DNA of 6,011 nt from Octopus sinensis (taxonomy: Eukaryota): NCBI RefSeq assembly GCF_006345805.1, contig NW_021829493.1, positions 1 to 6,011 of the forward strand, given 5' to 3'. The position numbers were made by a program, and so were the translations under genes. Position 1 is the first letter of the stretch, and each line of letters opens with the position of its first letter. Shown here in pieces: positions 5,997 to 6,011 of this stretch. The notes under the pieces are model-generated. The model did no database searches and had not been told where the DNA came from. It was given only the letters and a program-made list of their open reading frames with translations.

Positions 5997-6011
5997 GTTG
6001 TTGTTGTTGTT
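5997..6011. repeat. (GTT)n microsatellite, truncated by window end
   Basis: GTTGTTGTTGTTGTT. Confidence 0.85.

Overview
AT-rich eukaryotic non-coding (intronic or intergenic) DNA made mostly of retroposon debris and microsatellites. No protein-coding gene, RNA gene, CRISPR array or prokaryotic feature is supportable, and all listed ORFs are explained by repeats or are short chance ORFs. The window holds seven copies or fragments of one tRNA-headed SINE family (family A; both strands, at least three different 3' ends), one copy of a second tRNA-headed SINE (family B), a probable retroposon 3' fragment, a ~100-bp x ~2.9 minisatellite derived from the family A core, and many TA, CA, ATT and ATCT arrays. 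From recollection, not a search, these repeats resemble abundant Octopus SINEs, so an octopus origin is likely but unverified. I did not find a convincing new biological system. The best leads are the SINE-derived minisatellite, modular SINE tails, SINE core hairpins with one compensatory change, a Helitron-like 3' terminus at 4080-4112, and a phase-compatible pair of possible minus-strand micro-exons.
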